A stretch of 54,143 nt of DNA, filler included, from Squatina squatina (lineage: Eukaryota): the NCBI GenBank assembly GCA_031763465.1. It is 3 parts of 3 records of this genome, joined end to end, with 100 filler letters (N's around TTAATTAATTAA, not from the genome) between each part and the next. Parts side by side here need not be neighbours in the genome. Positions count along the whole stretch, not along the records: positions 29,241 to 41,645 come from JARFOE010000194.1; positions 41,746 to 54,143 come from JARFOE010000233.1; 1 more part is not named here. The stretch is one strand, 5' to 3'. The notes under the pieces are model-generated. The model was not told where the DNA came from. It made no database searches and was given only the letters and a program-made list of their open reading frames with translations. Of this stretch, positions 35,929 to 48,009 are shown piece after piece (within the stretch, counting starts at the first letter, position 1; every line of letters starts with the position of its first letter). The translations under genes and the position numbers were made by a program.

Positions 35929-36175
35929 GTGTCCCTGTGCCTGAGATTTTAAAAGTGATTTCTAAAGCCACTATGATGCATATTTGAGGGTTTACTCTCT
36001 GTCCAGATGGAAGGTCACAAACCCCTGAACCTCAGTTTCTGCACCACGGGCCCAACTCAATTCTGCACCCACTGGAGGAAAGTACAGGTAGTCCTGATAC
36101 CACCGGTTTTATAAGTTTTCCGCTGCATTCTTTCCAGTTTCTGCAGCCTCTCTCCTATGTCAGGATGCTGGGTAC

Positions 36176-36316
36176 CTGGGCAGATGATTCTAGTATTCAG
36201 CACTGGGAGATTTTCTTTGCTCGCGGTCAGTGCTGAGGTTGTGAATGGGCCAGTGTAGGAAGTGGTGGTGCGATGGATTCGTCGCTCTGGAGGGGATCTC
36301 TGAGCTGATCGGAGAG
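36176..36316 (-). CDS. DGKH: DGKH exon (insert region)
   Basis: [46 protein letters not shown](G); [17 protein letters not shown] is the DGKH-type motif; 141 nt, phase 1-1. Confidence 0.92.
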
Positions 36317-36609
36317 CTAAATTAATGAAAAGAGTACCAGATTAGTAGACTTATTCATTGGTACTACTGAATATTTCACTGTGATAAAAACAACAAAAGA
36401 TTTTTGAGCAATAAAAGCAACAAAAGCTTTGTAAAAATACTGAGCACCTTATGGAGCAGAAATCTATGTCAGCAACACATTCAATTACACTCTTCATANN
36501 NNNNNNNNNNNNNNNNNNNNNNNNNNNNNNNNNNNNNNNNNNNNNNNNNNNNNNNNNNNNNNNNNNNNNNNNNNNNNNNNNNNNNNNNNNNNNNNNNNAG
36601 AAATCGTAC

Positions 36610-36738
36610 TTGTCTGAATGTCGGATTCCTTTGACTCATCCTCCTCCTTCTCCTCCTCCTTCAAGTCCTCCTCAATGTCCTTTTTCAGTTCCTGCTCTTC
36701 AGCCTGTTCTTGGGTGTGTGCATTCTGTTCATCCACAA
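36610..36738 (-). CDS. DGKH: DGKH exon (acidic insert)
   Basis: VDEQNAHTQEQAEEQELKKDIEEDLKEEEKEEDESKESDIQT; acceptor CCTTGTAG, donor A|GTACGA; phases match the neighbouring exons; 129 nt. Confidence 0.85.
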
Positions 36739-36869
36739 CTACAAGGAAGAACCATCAGTAAAACACAGTAAGAGGAGGGTGCTGACAGAAAGCTGCTGAC
36801 ATGGAGATCAGATCAGAGTGGGGCAATGGGCCACGTGCCCAAGTACAGAGCGACAGATCTACATTTTTA

Positions 36870-36997
36870 GTTACATAGAATTATATAGAATTTATATCAC
36901 AGAAACAGTCCATTCGGCCCAACAGGTCTATGCCGGTGTTTATGCTCCACTTGTGCATTCTGTCACCTTACTTCATCTCACCCTCTCAACATATCTT
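36870..36997 (-). mobile_element. CR1 3' terminus
   Basis: CATAGAATTATATAGAATTTA...CCATTCGGCCCAAC...GGTGTTTATGCTCCAC, the reverse of the tail at ~29770-29853. Confidence 0.7.
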
Positions 36998-37431
36998 TCT
37001 AATTTTAATGACAATCCAGCAGTTTTCAGGTTAAATGATCAAATTACTTCAATGCACTGTCTCAATTTGCCATGGGGAGCTTTGAATCCATTATCCCAGG
37101 ATTGCTCACCCAGTATCATACCACAACCCACCAGGCCCTTAATGTACTTTCTTCTCCATTTGATCTCTGCATTCATGTTCACTTCAGAAAAGAGAAAACT
37201 AAAAAGTAAAAAGAAAAGTTGCATTGGTTCAAGAAACAGAATTTATATGGGAGATATCTGAACACTGACTGCGTCTCTCAGTCCCCTTGAAATTAATCAT
37301 TTCAAGATAAATTATTTATGAAAAAAAAGGAAAATTATATTTTGTGCAGTTTTCAAAAATCTCTGCTGTTTGGGTCAAATGGACAATCAACAAATAACTG
37401 GGAAACACACAAGGGCTGAAATGGGCTGTAC

Positions 37432-37714
37432 CTTTCTCTGCTTGTTCGATGATTTGCCTCACTGCTTTTTTCAGACTGTTTGCCCGAAGCATAAGTTGTT
37501 CCCTCGGTTTGAAAAATTTTTGTGTGGAAGACCTAGCTGGGATGCTTTCCACAGCCTGCTCCTTGCTCTCGGATAAGGGCTCTTCACTGAACTCCTCCTC
37601 TTCTCCTTCCTCCTCCACAATGGGTGGTGTCGAGCAGTGGTGGCCTGTGGTGGCTTGCGATTCATCATTAAGAGCTTGCAGCAATGAGTCCAGCTTCTCA
37701 TTCAGTGCCGAACA
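37432..37714 (-). CDS. DGKH: DGKH exon
   Basis: CSALNEKLDSLLQALNDESQ...SEEPLSESKEQ...KPREQLMLRANSLKKAVRQIIEQAEK; AG/GT borders; 283 nt. Confidence 0.93.
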
Positions 37715-37819
37715 CTGGCAAGAGAATGCAATAAGCAGTGTCAGGTTGTAACGAGAGATTTAACAGTTTCAGATTACACTTATAGCAGTTAGCTATTTAT
37801 TTTTCAAGGCAGCTGCCAT

Positions 37820-38110
37820 GAACAACAATGACAACAGCTTGCAGTTATACAGCGCTTTTAACGTAGTAAAACGTTCCAAGGTGCTTCNNNNNNNNNNTAA
37901 CCAAAAGTTTGGTCAAAGAGGTAGGATTTAAAGAGCGTCTTGAAGGAGAAGTGAGACGTAGAGAGACATAGAGGTTTAGGGAGGGAATTCCAGAGTTTAG
38001 GGCCTAGGTAGCTGAAGACACCGCCACCACTGGTGGAACAATGGAAATCGGGAATGAGCAAGAGGCCAGAATTGGAGGATCATAGAGATCTCGAAGGATT
38101 GTTGGGCTGA
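37820..38110 (-). mobile_element. L2 LINE 3' end
   Basis: Reverse translation LIPDFHCSTSGGGVFSYLGPKLWNSLPKPL..STSHFSFKTLFKSYLFDQTFG plus an L2 tail. Confidence 0.85.
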
Positions 38111-39022
38111 CGCTGGATTTTTAGAAAGACAAAGTTTATCCTACTGTGTATTTATGTTTNNNNNNNNNNNNNNNNNNNNNNNNNNNNNNNNNNNNNNNNN
38201 NNNNNNNNNNNNNNNNNNNNNNNNNNNNNNNNNNNNNNNNNNNNNNNNNNNNNNNNNNNCTGGGTCACTGGGGGAGGCACCAATGAAAAGGGGAGGAAAG
38301 AAAGGCCAGATGAGTCAATATAGTTCCAGGTAGTTGGTTACAACAAAATTGCCAGAGGCCTATGAGCAGGTCAACTGACCCTTCCCGTCCCTCCAGGAAC
38401 AACCTTTCCGGCTCATGCAGCTACTGGGAGCTCGTCAAGGGGAGCGAAAGTGGGAGTACTTTGGTTTTAATATATATAGATCATTAGAAAATGCCAAAGA
38501 TCGGGTGAAATTCACGATCAGACATTGCTTCAATGTTTTACTGGGTTCGTAAATTTATCAGCAATGTTTGTCCAGAGGCAATTATTGCAGGATAACCTGC
38601 CAGATTACTAATTGCACATCACACAGCACAATCACCAAGCTCCACAGTGTGTCCAAAATATCAGTAATGATAACCACACACCAAATGTAGCCAACATTAT
38701 TATTGCTCAACAGAAAACACATCTGGCTTCGTATTCATCTGATATTTCTAAATATTATTCATACAAACTTCAACATTTTAAAAACCCTGGCTATATTTTC
38801 CTATGCTTCACTCCCAGTGCAGGTCTGCATGTCTGATTCGCAGTGCCCGCGATTTTCCAACAATGAATTGTAATGAAGCGTGTGGCCGATTTTCCGGCCT
38901 GCACTCCTGTGAAGCAAGGCTCAAGGATGGGTTCAACCTCACAGATTTATCCTTTCACATTCTATTAATGGCTGATGTTCTGTAACAAAGCCTGTGTGCA
39001 CTTCGCAATGCTAAATACTCAC

Positions 39023-39107
39023 TTGGGTCTCCTCAGCATCCTCCTCTGGGGTCACTGCTAGGGCATGTTTCGGCGGTATTTTTATTTCATACGTCATAAT
39101 GCTCCAT
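39023..39107 (-). CDS. DGKH: DGKH exon
   Basis: (R)WSIMTYEIKIPPKHALAVTPEEDAEETQ; acceptor TTGTAAAG, donor CAA|GTGAGT; 85 nt. Confidence 0.9.
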
Positions 39108-39475
39108 CTTTACAAAAACAAAGGCAGCTCTTATTTAATTACCATCTGCTGACCAAAGGTAGTCTGGTTCACAAATATAACATTGGAGGCACAAGAATAT
39201 ACAAACCATCAGCTGGTTGAACATAAAGTACTGCAATATGTTATGCTGTGATCTTTACTTGTAGGGGAACACTGTAAACAAATTATACTTGACTTTGCAC
39301 CTTAAAAAATACATATTATATTAACTGTTGCAAAGTAAGACTATTAGCTTGTAGCCGTGATCTCGCGTGACATTGNNNNNNNNNNNNNNNNNNNNNNNNN
39401 NNNNNNNNNNNNNNNNNNNNNNNNNNNNNNNNNNNNNNNNNNNNNNNNNNNNNNNNNNNNNNNNNNNNNNNNNNN

Positions 39476-40020
39476 GTCACTGTCCCACAGACCCTGCCCC
39501 TCAGTCACTGTCCCACAGACCCTGTCCGTCTGTCACTGTCCCACAGACCCTGTCCGTCAGTCACTGTCCCACAGACCCCGCCTCTCAGTCACTGTCCCAC
39601 AGACCCTGTCCGTCTGTCACTTTCCTGCAGACCCTGCCCCAGAGTCACTGTCCCACAGACCCTGTCCGTCAGTCACTGTCCCACAGACCCTGCCCCTCAC
39701 TCACTGTCCCACAGACCCTGTCCGTCAGTCACTGTCCCAAAGACCCCACCGCTCAGTAACTGTCCCACAGAACCCACCCCTCAGTAACTGTCCCACAGAA
39801 CCCGTCCCTCAGTCACTGTCCCACAGACCCTGCCCCTCAGTCACTTTCCTGCAGACCCTGCCCCAGAGTCACTGTCCCACAGACCCTGTCCGTCTGTTAC
39901 TGTCCCACTGACCCTGTCCGTCAGTCACTGTCCCACAGACCCTGCCCCTCAGTCACTGTCCTGCAGACCCCGCCTCTCAGTCACTGTCCCGCAGACCCCG
40001 TCCGTCAGTAACTGTCCCAC
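39476..40020. repeat. Intronic minisatellite, 28-bp unit GTCACTGTCCCACAGACCCTG(C/T)CC(C/G)TCA, ~19 copies
   Basis: Head-to-tail repeats with no spacers; left side truncated by an N gap. Confidence 0.95.
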
Positions 40021-40092
40021 GGACAGACACGCGCATTTTCAGAACCGTTTCTATGTCAATTCATCTGACAATATTTTCAAAATCTTCCTTAC

Positions 40093-40255
40093 CCAAGATG
40101 AGGTCCTCCATTCATGAGATCGAAGACCTGAGCCGGATTTAACAACTGCTTGAACCTTCGGAGGAACTTGACTCCCTGATTGTCACCGCTTTTAGAGTTG
40201 ACAAAGACTAAAAGTGGGCTGGCGCAAGATGGGGGGCAACTGGCCTTCCAGAAAC
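40093..40255 (-). CDS. DGKH: DGKH exon (start of catalytic DAGKc domain)
   Basis: (G)[53 protein letters not shown](G); acceptor TGCAG, donor GG|GTAAGG; 163 nt. Confidence 0.95.
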
Positions 40256-40454
40256 CTGCACGAGAAACAGTCAGCACATGAAGCTCAACCAGTCCTACAA
40301 CATCCAACAGGCATAACACCATGAAACAGAAAGATCAGTAACAGTTCTGCACATTTGGATGGGCTCTCTGCTATAAAAGTGAATTCATACAGTTACTCTT
40401 CTATTGCTTCACCACATTGGCCGATTTATAAATGGTTCAGATGATGTGTCATAG

Positions 40455-40720
40455 AAACAACTTGCATTTATACAGTGCATCACCATTTATATAGCATCTT
40501 ATATCCCAAAGTGCTTCCCAACCAAAACACTAGTTTTGAAGGCAAATGCTGCAGCCAATTTGTGCAAAGCAAAGTTTCTCAATGAACAAATGAGATAAAT
40601 GACCAATTAATCTATTTTTGTTGAGGGATTACTGTCAGCCAGGATACTAGGAGAACTATGTTCTTCTTTGAATAGTGCTATGGGATCCTTTGTATCCACT
40701 TGACAAGGCAGATAGGGCTC
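40455..40720 (-). mobile_element. DeuSINE-type SINE (SacSINE1-like)
   Basis: Reverse strand GGATCCCATAGCACTATTCAAAGAAGAAC...TATCCTGGCTGAC resembles the Deu domain (AAGATCCCATGGCACT...GTCCTGGCCAA); L2-type tail. Confidence 0.6.
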
Positions 40721-41205
40721 AAAGCCTGAAGTAAAGTTTAAACCAACAACATTCTGACTTAAAAGGTGAGAGTGCTATATCTGAGCTAAACTGATGCTAA
40801 GTAAATATTTTATGATGCTCTGTGTTTTACATTNNNNNNNNNNNNNNNNNNNNNNNNNNNNNNNNNNNNNNNNNNNNNNNNNNNNNNNNNNNNNNNNNNN
40901 NNNNNNNNNNNNNNNNNNNNNNNNNNNNNNNNNTGGGGAATGCAATTCTTCCCATTTCAGGCACCCAGGCAGTATCGAGCACTCCCATGTCAAGTACAGC
41001 ACAGCCAGATGCAGAGTAAAGCTCCTTCTACTCCACTCCAACATTGTGCGTGAGGAAAACCTCTACTGCACTAATGCGACATTTATCCCATGCCAGCTGA
41101 TCTCTGGCTTATGAGTGGATTGTTGCCTAATTTAGAGTGGTTTCCTTTCACTCCTGAATCTTATCTGTTACATTAGCAGCAGCAGGAATACGTCAAACTG
41201 CTTAC

Positions 41206-41331
41206 CATGGCTTTGCACCAGAGACATCTCCAGTCCTGCAAGCGGAGAACACTCCCACATGTCTTGTCACACACGGCACATTTGGCACTAACGGGCAGGT
41301 TACCTTCGAGCCATTGATGAGGCATGGCGAT
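41206..41331 (-). CDS. DGKH: DGKH exon (second C1 domain)
   Basis: [42 protein letters not shown]; AG/GT borders; 126 nt. Confidence 0.95.
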
Positions 41332-41645
41332 CTACACACATGAAACAAAACATTAACTCACTGTTGCATATGTTGTTCTGAAACCAAAACAGAAGACACT
41401 TTTAGCACAGGAAAGAAGCCTTTCAGCCCATCTTGCCTTCATGGAATTTAGGCCCCTCTCGGAATGGTCCAATTTTTCCTGCTCTTTCCCATGACACGAC
41501 CCCACTTAACAGAAAGCTTCTGGGACTCTAGCGTTGGCCCGATCATGTCCTTCTCCGGAGGGCTCTCATCGTCTTGCTGGCTCCACTGACATGAGGCCTG
41601 AAGGCCAATATCGGGGAAGCCTCAGGCCTCACCATTCAGGTGGCG

Positions 41646-41745
41646 NNNNNNNNNNNNNNNNNNNNNNNNNNNNNNNNNNNNNNNNNNNNTTAATTAATTA
41701 ANNNNNNNNNNNNNNNNNNNNNNNNNNNNNNNNNNNNNNNNNNNN
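41646..41745. other. Artificial contig/scaffold linker (N44-TTAATTAATTAA-N44)
   Basis: TTAATTAATTAA at 41690-41701, centred in a 100-nt N block. Confidence 0.95.
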
Positions 41746-42739
41746 TTACTTCACCATGTCAAAAGCAGAGTGGAACAGACACGAATGCTGTGCTGAGTCA
41801 CAGCACAGTGGGAAATGGATTCTCTTCCTCCACTGACCCCATTCCCTGTACAGGGAGATCTTACTATCAGCTATGTTTCTATCTGAAGAGCAGGCTTGTT
41901 AATGGATGGTATATCAGAGGAAGAGTTAATGTATGCTTTTTTTGCACATCTCCTATTGGCCAGAAGAGCACCATCAGCAAAAGCTGGAGTACAGGTTACC
42001 CACCTAATTAATGGTCAGAAAAATGGTACGTGTGACACAAAACAGGATGAAAACAGGAGGGGAGAAAGTTACTCAAGAAATGAAAGCAATGGAGTTCTTC
42101 TAAATGATGCATTTTTAAAATAAAATTAACTGTAATTATTCCCAAATTAGCTGAACTTTACCAATGACAAGCTGAATCAAAATCTTTGGGTACTACTTTC
42201 ATTCGTTGAAATTTAAGCAAAGTGATAATTAGTAACATCACAACTGTGTCAGCATGTCAAAATATTATCACNNNNNNNNNNNNNNNNNNNNNNNNNNNNN
42301 NNNNNNNNNNNNNNNNNNNNNNNNNNNNNNNAACTTCTGCAATAAGGCTTAAATGGATTTGTACTCAGTTTATGTATATATATTTAATAAAGGCTGAAAT
42401 AATTCACTCTGTAAGTGGCTCTTTGAAATGTGATGGTGTAAGCAGGAAAAAGTGCAAGAAAATTAAAATGCGGCTACCTAACTGGCACCAAAACAAAAAC
42501 CACTATCTAGCAGCATATAGAAAGGCATGCAGATTGAGAAGCACTTCTACTGCCAAAACACAGAGCTTTCATTGCATACCTTCACGTATGAGAACAATTC
42601 ACTGGACTGTTATCAGCCAGTACTGAAACTCAATATAAAGGTCATGCTTCAATTCCAGTTTTTATACCAGGTAAAATGCCCATTTCTACCAATGTTCAAT
42701 GAGTCTATTGATTAAACAGAGCAGTGTGTGTTCTGTTCC

Positions 42740-45700
42740 ACAGAACTACTTTTTATTGTCAACACAGGATCTACAGATGAACCCCCCGCCCCTTAACAAC
42801 CCTCTAAGATTGCACATTACGATCCAAATATATCTGCAGCACAACAAACTAAACACTGAAAAAAAGGACAAAGATAAGAAATATATAGAAGCCTTTTCTT
42901 AACGATTACAAACACACCAGATACGTCATTTAAACACATTTTGGTCCAGAACAGTATGCGAATGTTAACATAAAACAGAAATAAGTATCCCTAAAAACGT
43001 TTACTTAATACAAATCAGGTAATATGAAACAAAATAAGTGGTCGCATTGATATATTTATTCACCCAGAATATTGCAGTATTTTGCTAAATTTTGTGTTAA
43101 TTTCTGATTGTGTTCACTGAACACCGTGACTATTTTTGTGTCTAATGCTGATCTTGATATTAATCAAAGTATTTTACACAGAATTGTCACCGAATTTACG
43201 CTTTGCGTTCTTGCTGTACTAATCCGGGAAGATGCGAATATGCCCATTGTGTTATCCTTTGCTCAAGATCCCTGATCTCTGAAAGATTTTCCAAGTTTTG
43301 GTACAGTGGATGAGGTTTAATTCATAAAATATAACAACCGTATTGAATAATTGATGACTATCCTCTGTCTCAGTGACATCTTTCAGGTTTGAAGCATGAG
43401 GATTGGCTGAAATGTTATTTTTCCATGCAGCTCCATGTTCTCCTAGATTTCCAGGCACGGGTGGACCTGGCTGCTCCACTCACTCTCCAGCCCGTGCCTC
43501 AGACTATTTCTGAGCAATGGAAGTGGCAGAGTGGCTAGAGGCATCTCGTTCCTTCCCATGCGTCCAAGCGCCTGACCTCGGCCAGGTCACCGGGTTGAAA
43601 TGAGGGCAGAGGCTTCTCCATTGCGAAGGAAGAGCCATTGCAGGGATGGTCCCATGTCTGCACCCNNNNNNNNNNNNNNNNNNNNNNNNNNNNNNNNNNN
43701 NNNNNNNNNNNNNNNNNNNNNNNNNNNNNNNNNNNNNNNNNNNNNNNNNNNNNNNNNNNNNNNNNCCTTAATATCCATTTTTTGGGGGTGGATGGGGGGG
43801 TGGTACAGTATTCTTCAAGATTTTTAGTTATACCTCAAGAAAGTTTGAAAATACAACTGGCTTCAAAGGAACATATTTCAGAATCTACAGTCATGTATTT
43901 GTCATCTTATTTAATGGTACATGTGTGTCGCTATCACGGCACTGAAATGACCTTGTTTGAAAACAAACAGAAATAATTGTGCGTTGCAAGAAGATTTTCC
44001 TTTTGTCTTAAATTTTAAAAATGACTAATCATAGAGCATGTTTCTCTAAAGCCTCAATAAAAAGTTTGATCGCTGATGACCTTCATTCCCCCCCAAAAAA
44101 ATATAGTTTCATAAATTGAGAGGGAAATTTGTGAAAACATTTATAGTACCAGAGTATTTTCTATATGTTTAATTGGAGGATCGAGCATTAGCAAACTGCA
44201 CTTCCAACTCTTCAGGATCACAATATGTAGAGAATATATTGAGAGTCCTGTTAAATTTCAAGCAATTATATGGGAGAAAAATGTGTGCACTGCCTTTGTC
44301 AATAGATGTTTAGAAATTGTCTTTCTTTCGAATGTGTGCTAAAAAAGAGTCAAATATTTTGCAATAATTGGTGACTTCTAGATTTTCACAATTAAGCCAT
44401 TGTTAAGTGCTACAAGTCCCAATTAATGTATATACCTACTCATTCCACATGGCTTCATAAGACAAATATACTCATTCTTAGCGTAAGAAAAAGACATAGG
44501 TTTCTAACTAAGAATCGTCACTCGAGCTTCCATTCCATAGCTTCCCCTGTGGGTAATAGAAAAACAGCAGGCACACCTTGCTGAACTACAAAAATTAACT
44601 CTCTCCATAACTGTTTAAGGCACTGTGTAATAGCCGAGGTACAGTAATCCCTGACGTACATTCCTGAAGCGGCATTTAACTGCCTACCAAGTCTGTTCCT
44701 ACAGAATTGATGAGTATGTGTGAGGTGTGCCAGCTACAGTACTTTTGGTCTAGTTATCTTGGACAACCACACAGAACACACAGAAAACTCAATGTAAAGC
44801 TGCCAAGACTATGCTGAGTGCTACATTCCTTGTGTTCTGTAGTTACACTGAGGAGTTGGCGAATACAGCTGCTGGAATCAGCTAGGATACCACAGTACTT
44901 GCTAGCAATCATGNNNNNNNNNNNNNNNNNNNNNNNNNNNNNNNNNNNNNNNNNNNNNNNNNNNNNNNNNNNNNNNNNNNNNNNNNNNNNNNNNNNNNNN
45001 NNNNNNNNNNNNNCAATCATGCTAGTTTTAAACAAATTTAAATATATATATCAGAATTTTCACAAAATCAGATTCCTGTGCTTGTGTATCAAAATTTCAA
45101 TCTAATTCCTCAATGTTGAGGTCAAAATTATTGGAAATCTAAGTTTTACTTTACAGAATAAACTGACGTTGATATTTGTGTCAGCCAATGAAAACATCTT
45201 GAAGTACTGGCAACAGGTAGTATTGGTCAACGCCTTGTTAAGTCTTATCATAGCAGCTAAAGACACTACAGCAAAACAGATGAGACAGACAAATCGATTC
45301 ATAATGAATGATTCCTGTCTGTCCTAATATTATTCACAGGTACACTGGACTTCAATGAAACTGTATACTTTTTGTTGGTCTAGCAAGACCCAATTTAGAA
45401 AGTATAATCATAATTGAAACAAATGCAACATATTTTACCACATACTGCAGCCTTGATTATTAACACTTTTTTTCCCCAAAAACTTTTTATTAAACTAATC
45501 TAGTTACTAAATATGGCTGCACTACTATGCAAATCAGTAGCATTCAAAACATTGATGTCTCAAAGGGAACTCCATTGAACCTTCTGCAAAGGTAGGAGGT
45601 TGTTTAAAAGAATTGAATAGATTTTGATTTTTGACAAGTTTTAAATACAGTACAGTTTTAGGAGACCAGTAACACTGCCTCCCATCTCAAGCTTTCAACT

Positions 45701-46803
45701 TCAACCATCAATCTACATTCCAAAACTGCATCATTCAACAGCAGAAGTGTGGCCCATTAATTTGAAAGAAAAAAAATTAGACTCTTCTGTGTGTAACAGT
45801 CAAATATTTGTGGTCAAAGCTTAGAGCACGTCAATATGCTGAAATAAACTGCTTCATGACTAGAATCCAGTAGAACAGCCCAATTTCTTGGTCAGATCAG
45901 TGACTAGGACAAATGGCAGAAAGGTGTTTTTATGCATGCAACTTTTGAAAGGGAACTTTCAATTTTGTGAAAAATTGTGTTCAACATAAAACCAGCTCCT
46001 GGAAAAGCATGGACAAAAAGAAGTTGGAAATAATGTATATTGAGGATTTTAGGTGTTCTGGTCATAAATTAATAGAATGTAATTGTACTAATCTTTGAGG
46101 TAACAGCAAGATTACTAGAAATCTGAGGCATTAATGGTGGCGAGGCACAAGAATTGTTGCTTAAGCAAACACTTTGGTCAAGAATACTGTTGTTGATTAC
46201 CATGCCACACCTCCAACCCAAAATGTAACCAATATTCATTTATTACTAGGTTTGATTTAAGTTATTTTTAAAATGCACATTATACTTGAAAAATGGAACT
46301 ACCTAAATGTTTAAGTAGTGGTAAGTACAGTTTTATCCTATTGTAACTTTTCTAAGTGCATTCAAATAAAGCGACAGAAATATCACTTCTGGATCCCATT
46401 GAAACTGCATCAACCCAAAATAAAGATAAAACTAGCAGTGAGATAACAGGATATGGTTGAATTCTAGCCCTGACCTTTAGGTACTTCTGCTGTTAAGTGA
46501 GCATATCCTATCCTGAAGTATGTATAAGAATATATTTTCAATCAAAAACTGAACCAAACAAAACAACTTATACTATTAGAAGTTCATCATAATTACATTT
46601 GCCATGACCACAGAAAATCCCCTTTTCGTCAACATGATCAATATGAGACTAAAAAAATCCTATATACACCCAGTTAGTGTCTGAGAGTCTGAGAGTAACA
46701 CATAGCAGTATGCATCATCTCAATAGCTGAAGCCACCACACAGTCAGACTTCAGGCTTTTTGTAAAGAAAAGAGGGATAATCAATGAATGCTCATGTTAT
46801 TGT
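42740..46803 (-). other. RFX3: Probable long 3' UTR of RFX3 (end uncertain)
   Basis: AT-rich, essentially TE-free stretch directly after the stop codon; minus-strand AATAAA at 46239-44, 45486-91, 43055-60 and 42752-57. Confidence 0.45.
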
Positions 46804-47146
46804 TTAGACTGCTGTATACGTGCTTCCAGCAGTGCTGCAGTGCCTGGCACTAGCCACACTCGTGATGATTTGATCAGCATGAAGTGGGATCAGAGGGTCC
46901 TGCTGCATGCTGCTGTTAAGGGGCGATGCAACANNNNNNNNNNNNNNNNNNNNNNNNNNNNNNNNNNNNNNNNNNNNNNNNNNNNNNNNNNNNNNNNNNN
47001 NNNNNNNNNNNNNNNNNNNNNNNNNNNNNNNNNAACACAGACACCTTGTAGCGTCTGGTTCAGGTCTATTTTTTCTCTTTTGAATGGTGGTTCTCCAGAA
47101 TCTTCCAATTCATCATCCATTTCGCTGTCAACTTCACTTCCTTCAT
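46804..47146 (-). CDS. RFX3: RFX3 last coding exon (contains a spurious 100-N gap)
   Basis: (D)EGSEVDSEMDDELEDSGEPPFKREKIDLNQTLQGVCVASPLNSSMQQDPLIPLHADQIITSVASARHCSTAGSTYTAV*; the C-terminal TYTAV matches RFX3; TAA at 46804-46806. Confidence 0.9.
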
Positions 47147-47284
47147 CTTCAGAGGGAAAGGAAAAATACAAAGTACTTAGTATATGCATTATGACACAAG
47201 GACACTACTGCTTAAGCACGTTACATCGGATAACACAGATTCTGGAGTTCGAAGTATCCTTCATAGAACACAGAATTAAATAGA

Positions 47285-47520
47285 TTTGGAATTAAAAAGC
47301 TAGTATCAATAATGGTGACCATGAAACTTCCGGAGTGTCAGAAAAAACCAACAGGTTCACTAATGTCCTTTAGGGAAGGAAATCTGCTGTCCTTACCCAG
47401 TCTGGCCTTTATGTGACTCCAGACCCACAGCAATGTGGTTGACTCTTAACTGCCCTTTGAATTGGCCTAGCAAGCCACTCAGATGTACCAAACCGCTACA
47501 ACAAAGTCAGCACTGTGGGA
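47285..47520 (+). mobile_element. SINE with conserved central domain (MetaSINE-like)
   Basis: GGTTCACTAATGTCCTTTAGGGAAGGAAATCTGCTGTCCTTACCCAGTCTGGCCTTTATGTGACTCCAGACCCACAGCAATGTGGTTGACTCTTAACTGCCC. Confidence 0.7.
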
Positions 47521-47640
47521 GTGCCTTGACCACAAGGACTNNNNNNNNNNNNNNNNNNNNNNNNNNNNNNNNNNNNNNNNNNNNNNNNNNNNNNNNNNNN
47601 NNNNNNNNNNNNNNNNNNNNNNNNNNNNNNNNNNNNNNNN

Positions 47641-47807
47641 GGAAAACTAGGGCTCCCTTCATATGGTTTCAACACCTGTGTTACCACATTATCAAGCCAT
47701 GCAGCCCACTGCTCTAGAGTGCTCTGCTGCTGGAGAGTCATCTTGAAGTCATGTTCCAGTCTTTGTACTGTGCTGTCATCACACTGACACACCCAGGAAG
47801 CCTGCTC
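47641..47807 (-). CDS. RFX3: RFX3 exon (3' end lost in gap)
   Basis: EQASWVCQCDDSTVQRLEHDFKMTLQQQSTLEQWAAWLDNVVTQVLKPYEGSPSF; acceptor TTTGACAG. Confidence 0.93.
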
Positions 47808-48009
47808 CTGTCAAAGCATAAGAAACACTGAGTTTGTATGTAATATTAGTATAGTAGTAGAAAACAGCTAGGTACAGCTGTTTGGCACAATTGGATGCGA
47901 AAAAAACTTAGCAGTCTGTGGTTGTAAATTTGATCGTTAAAAGACATCATACAGTCCTTAAGATTAGTTATAAAGCATTTGTAGTGACATATGGCATAAA
48001 TGGGGCTTG

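Noticed and set aside
39476-40020. 28-bp repeat array as a CRISPR array, and the 184-aa/130-aa ORFs across it
   Set aside because: No unique spacers, eukaryotic intron context; the ORFs are by-products of a stop-poor tandem repeat and also span N gaps
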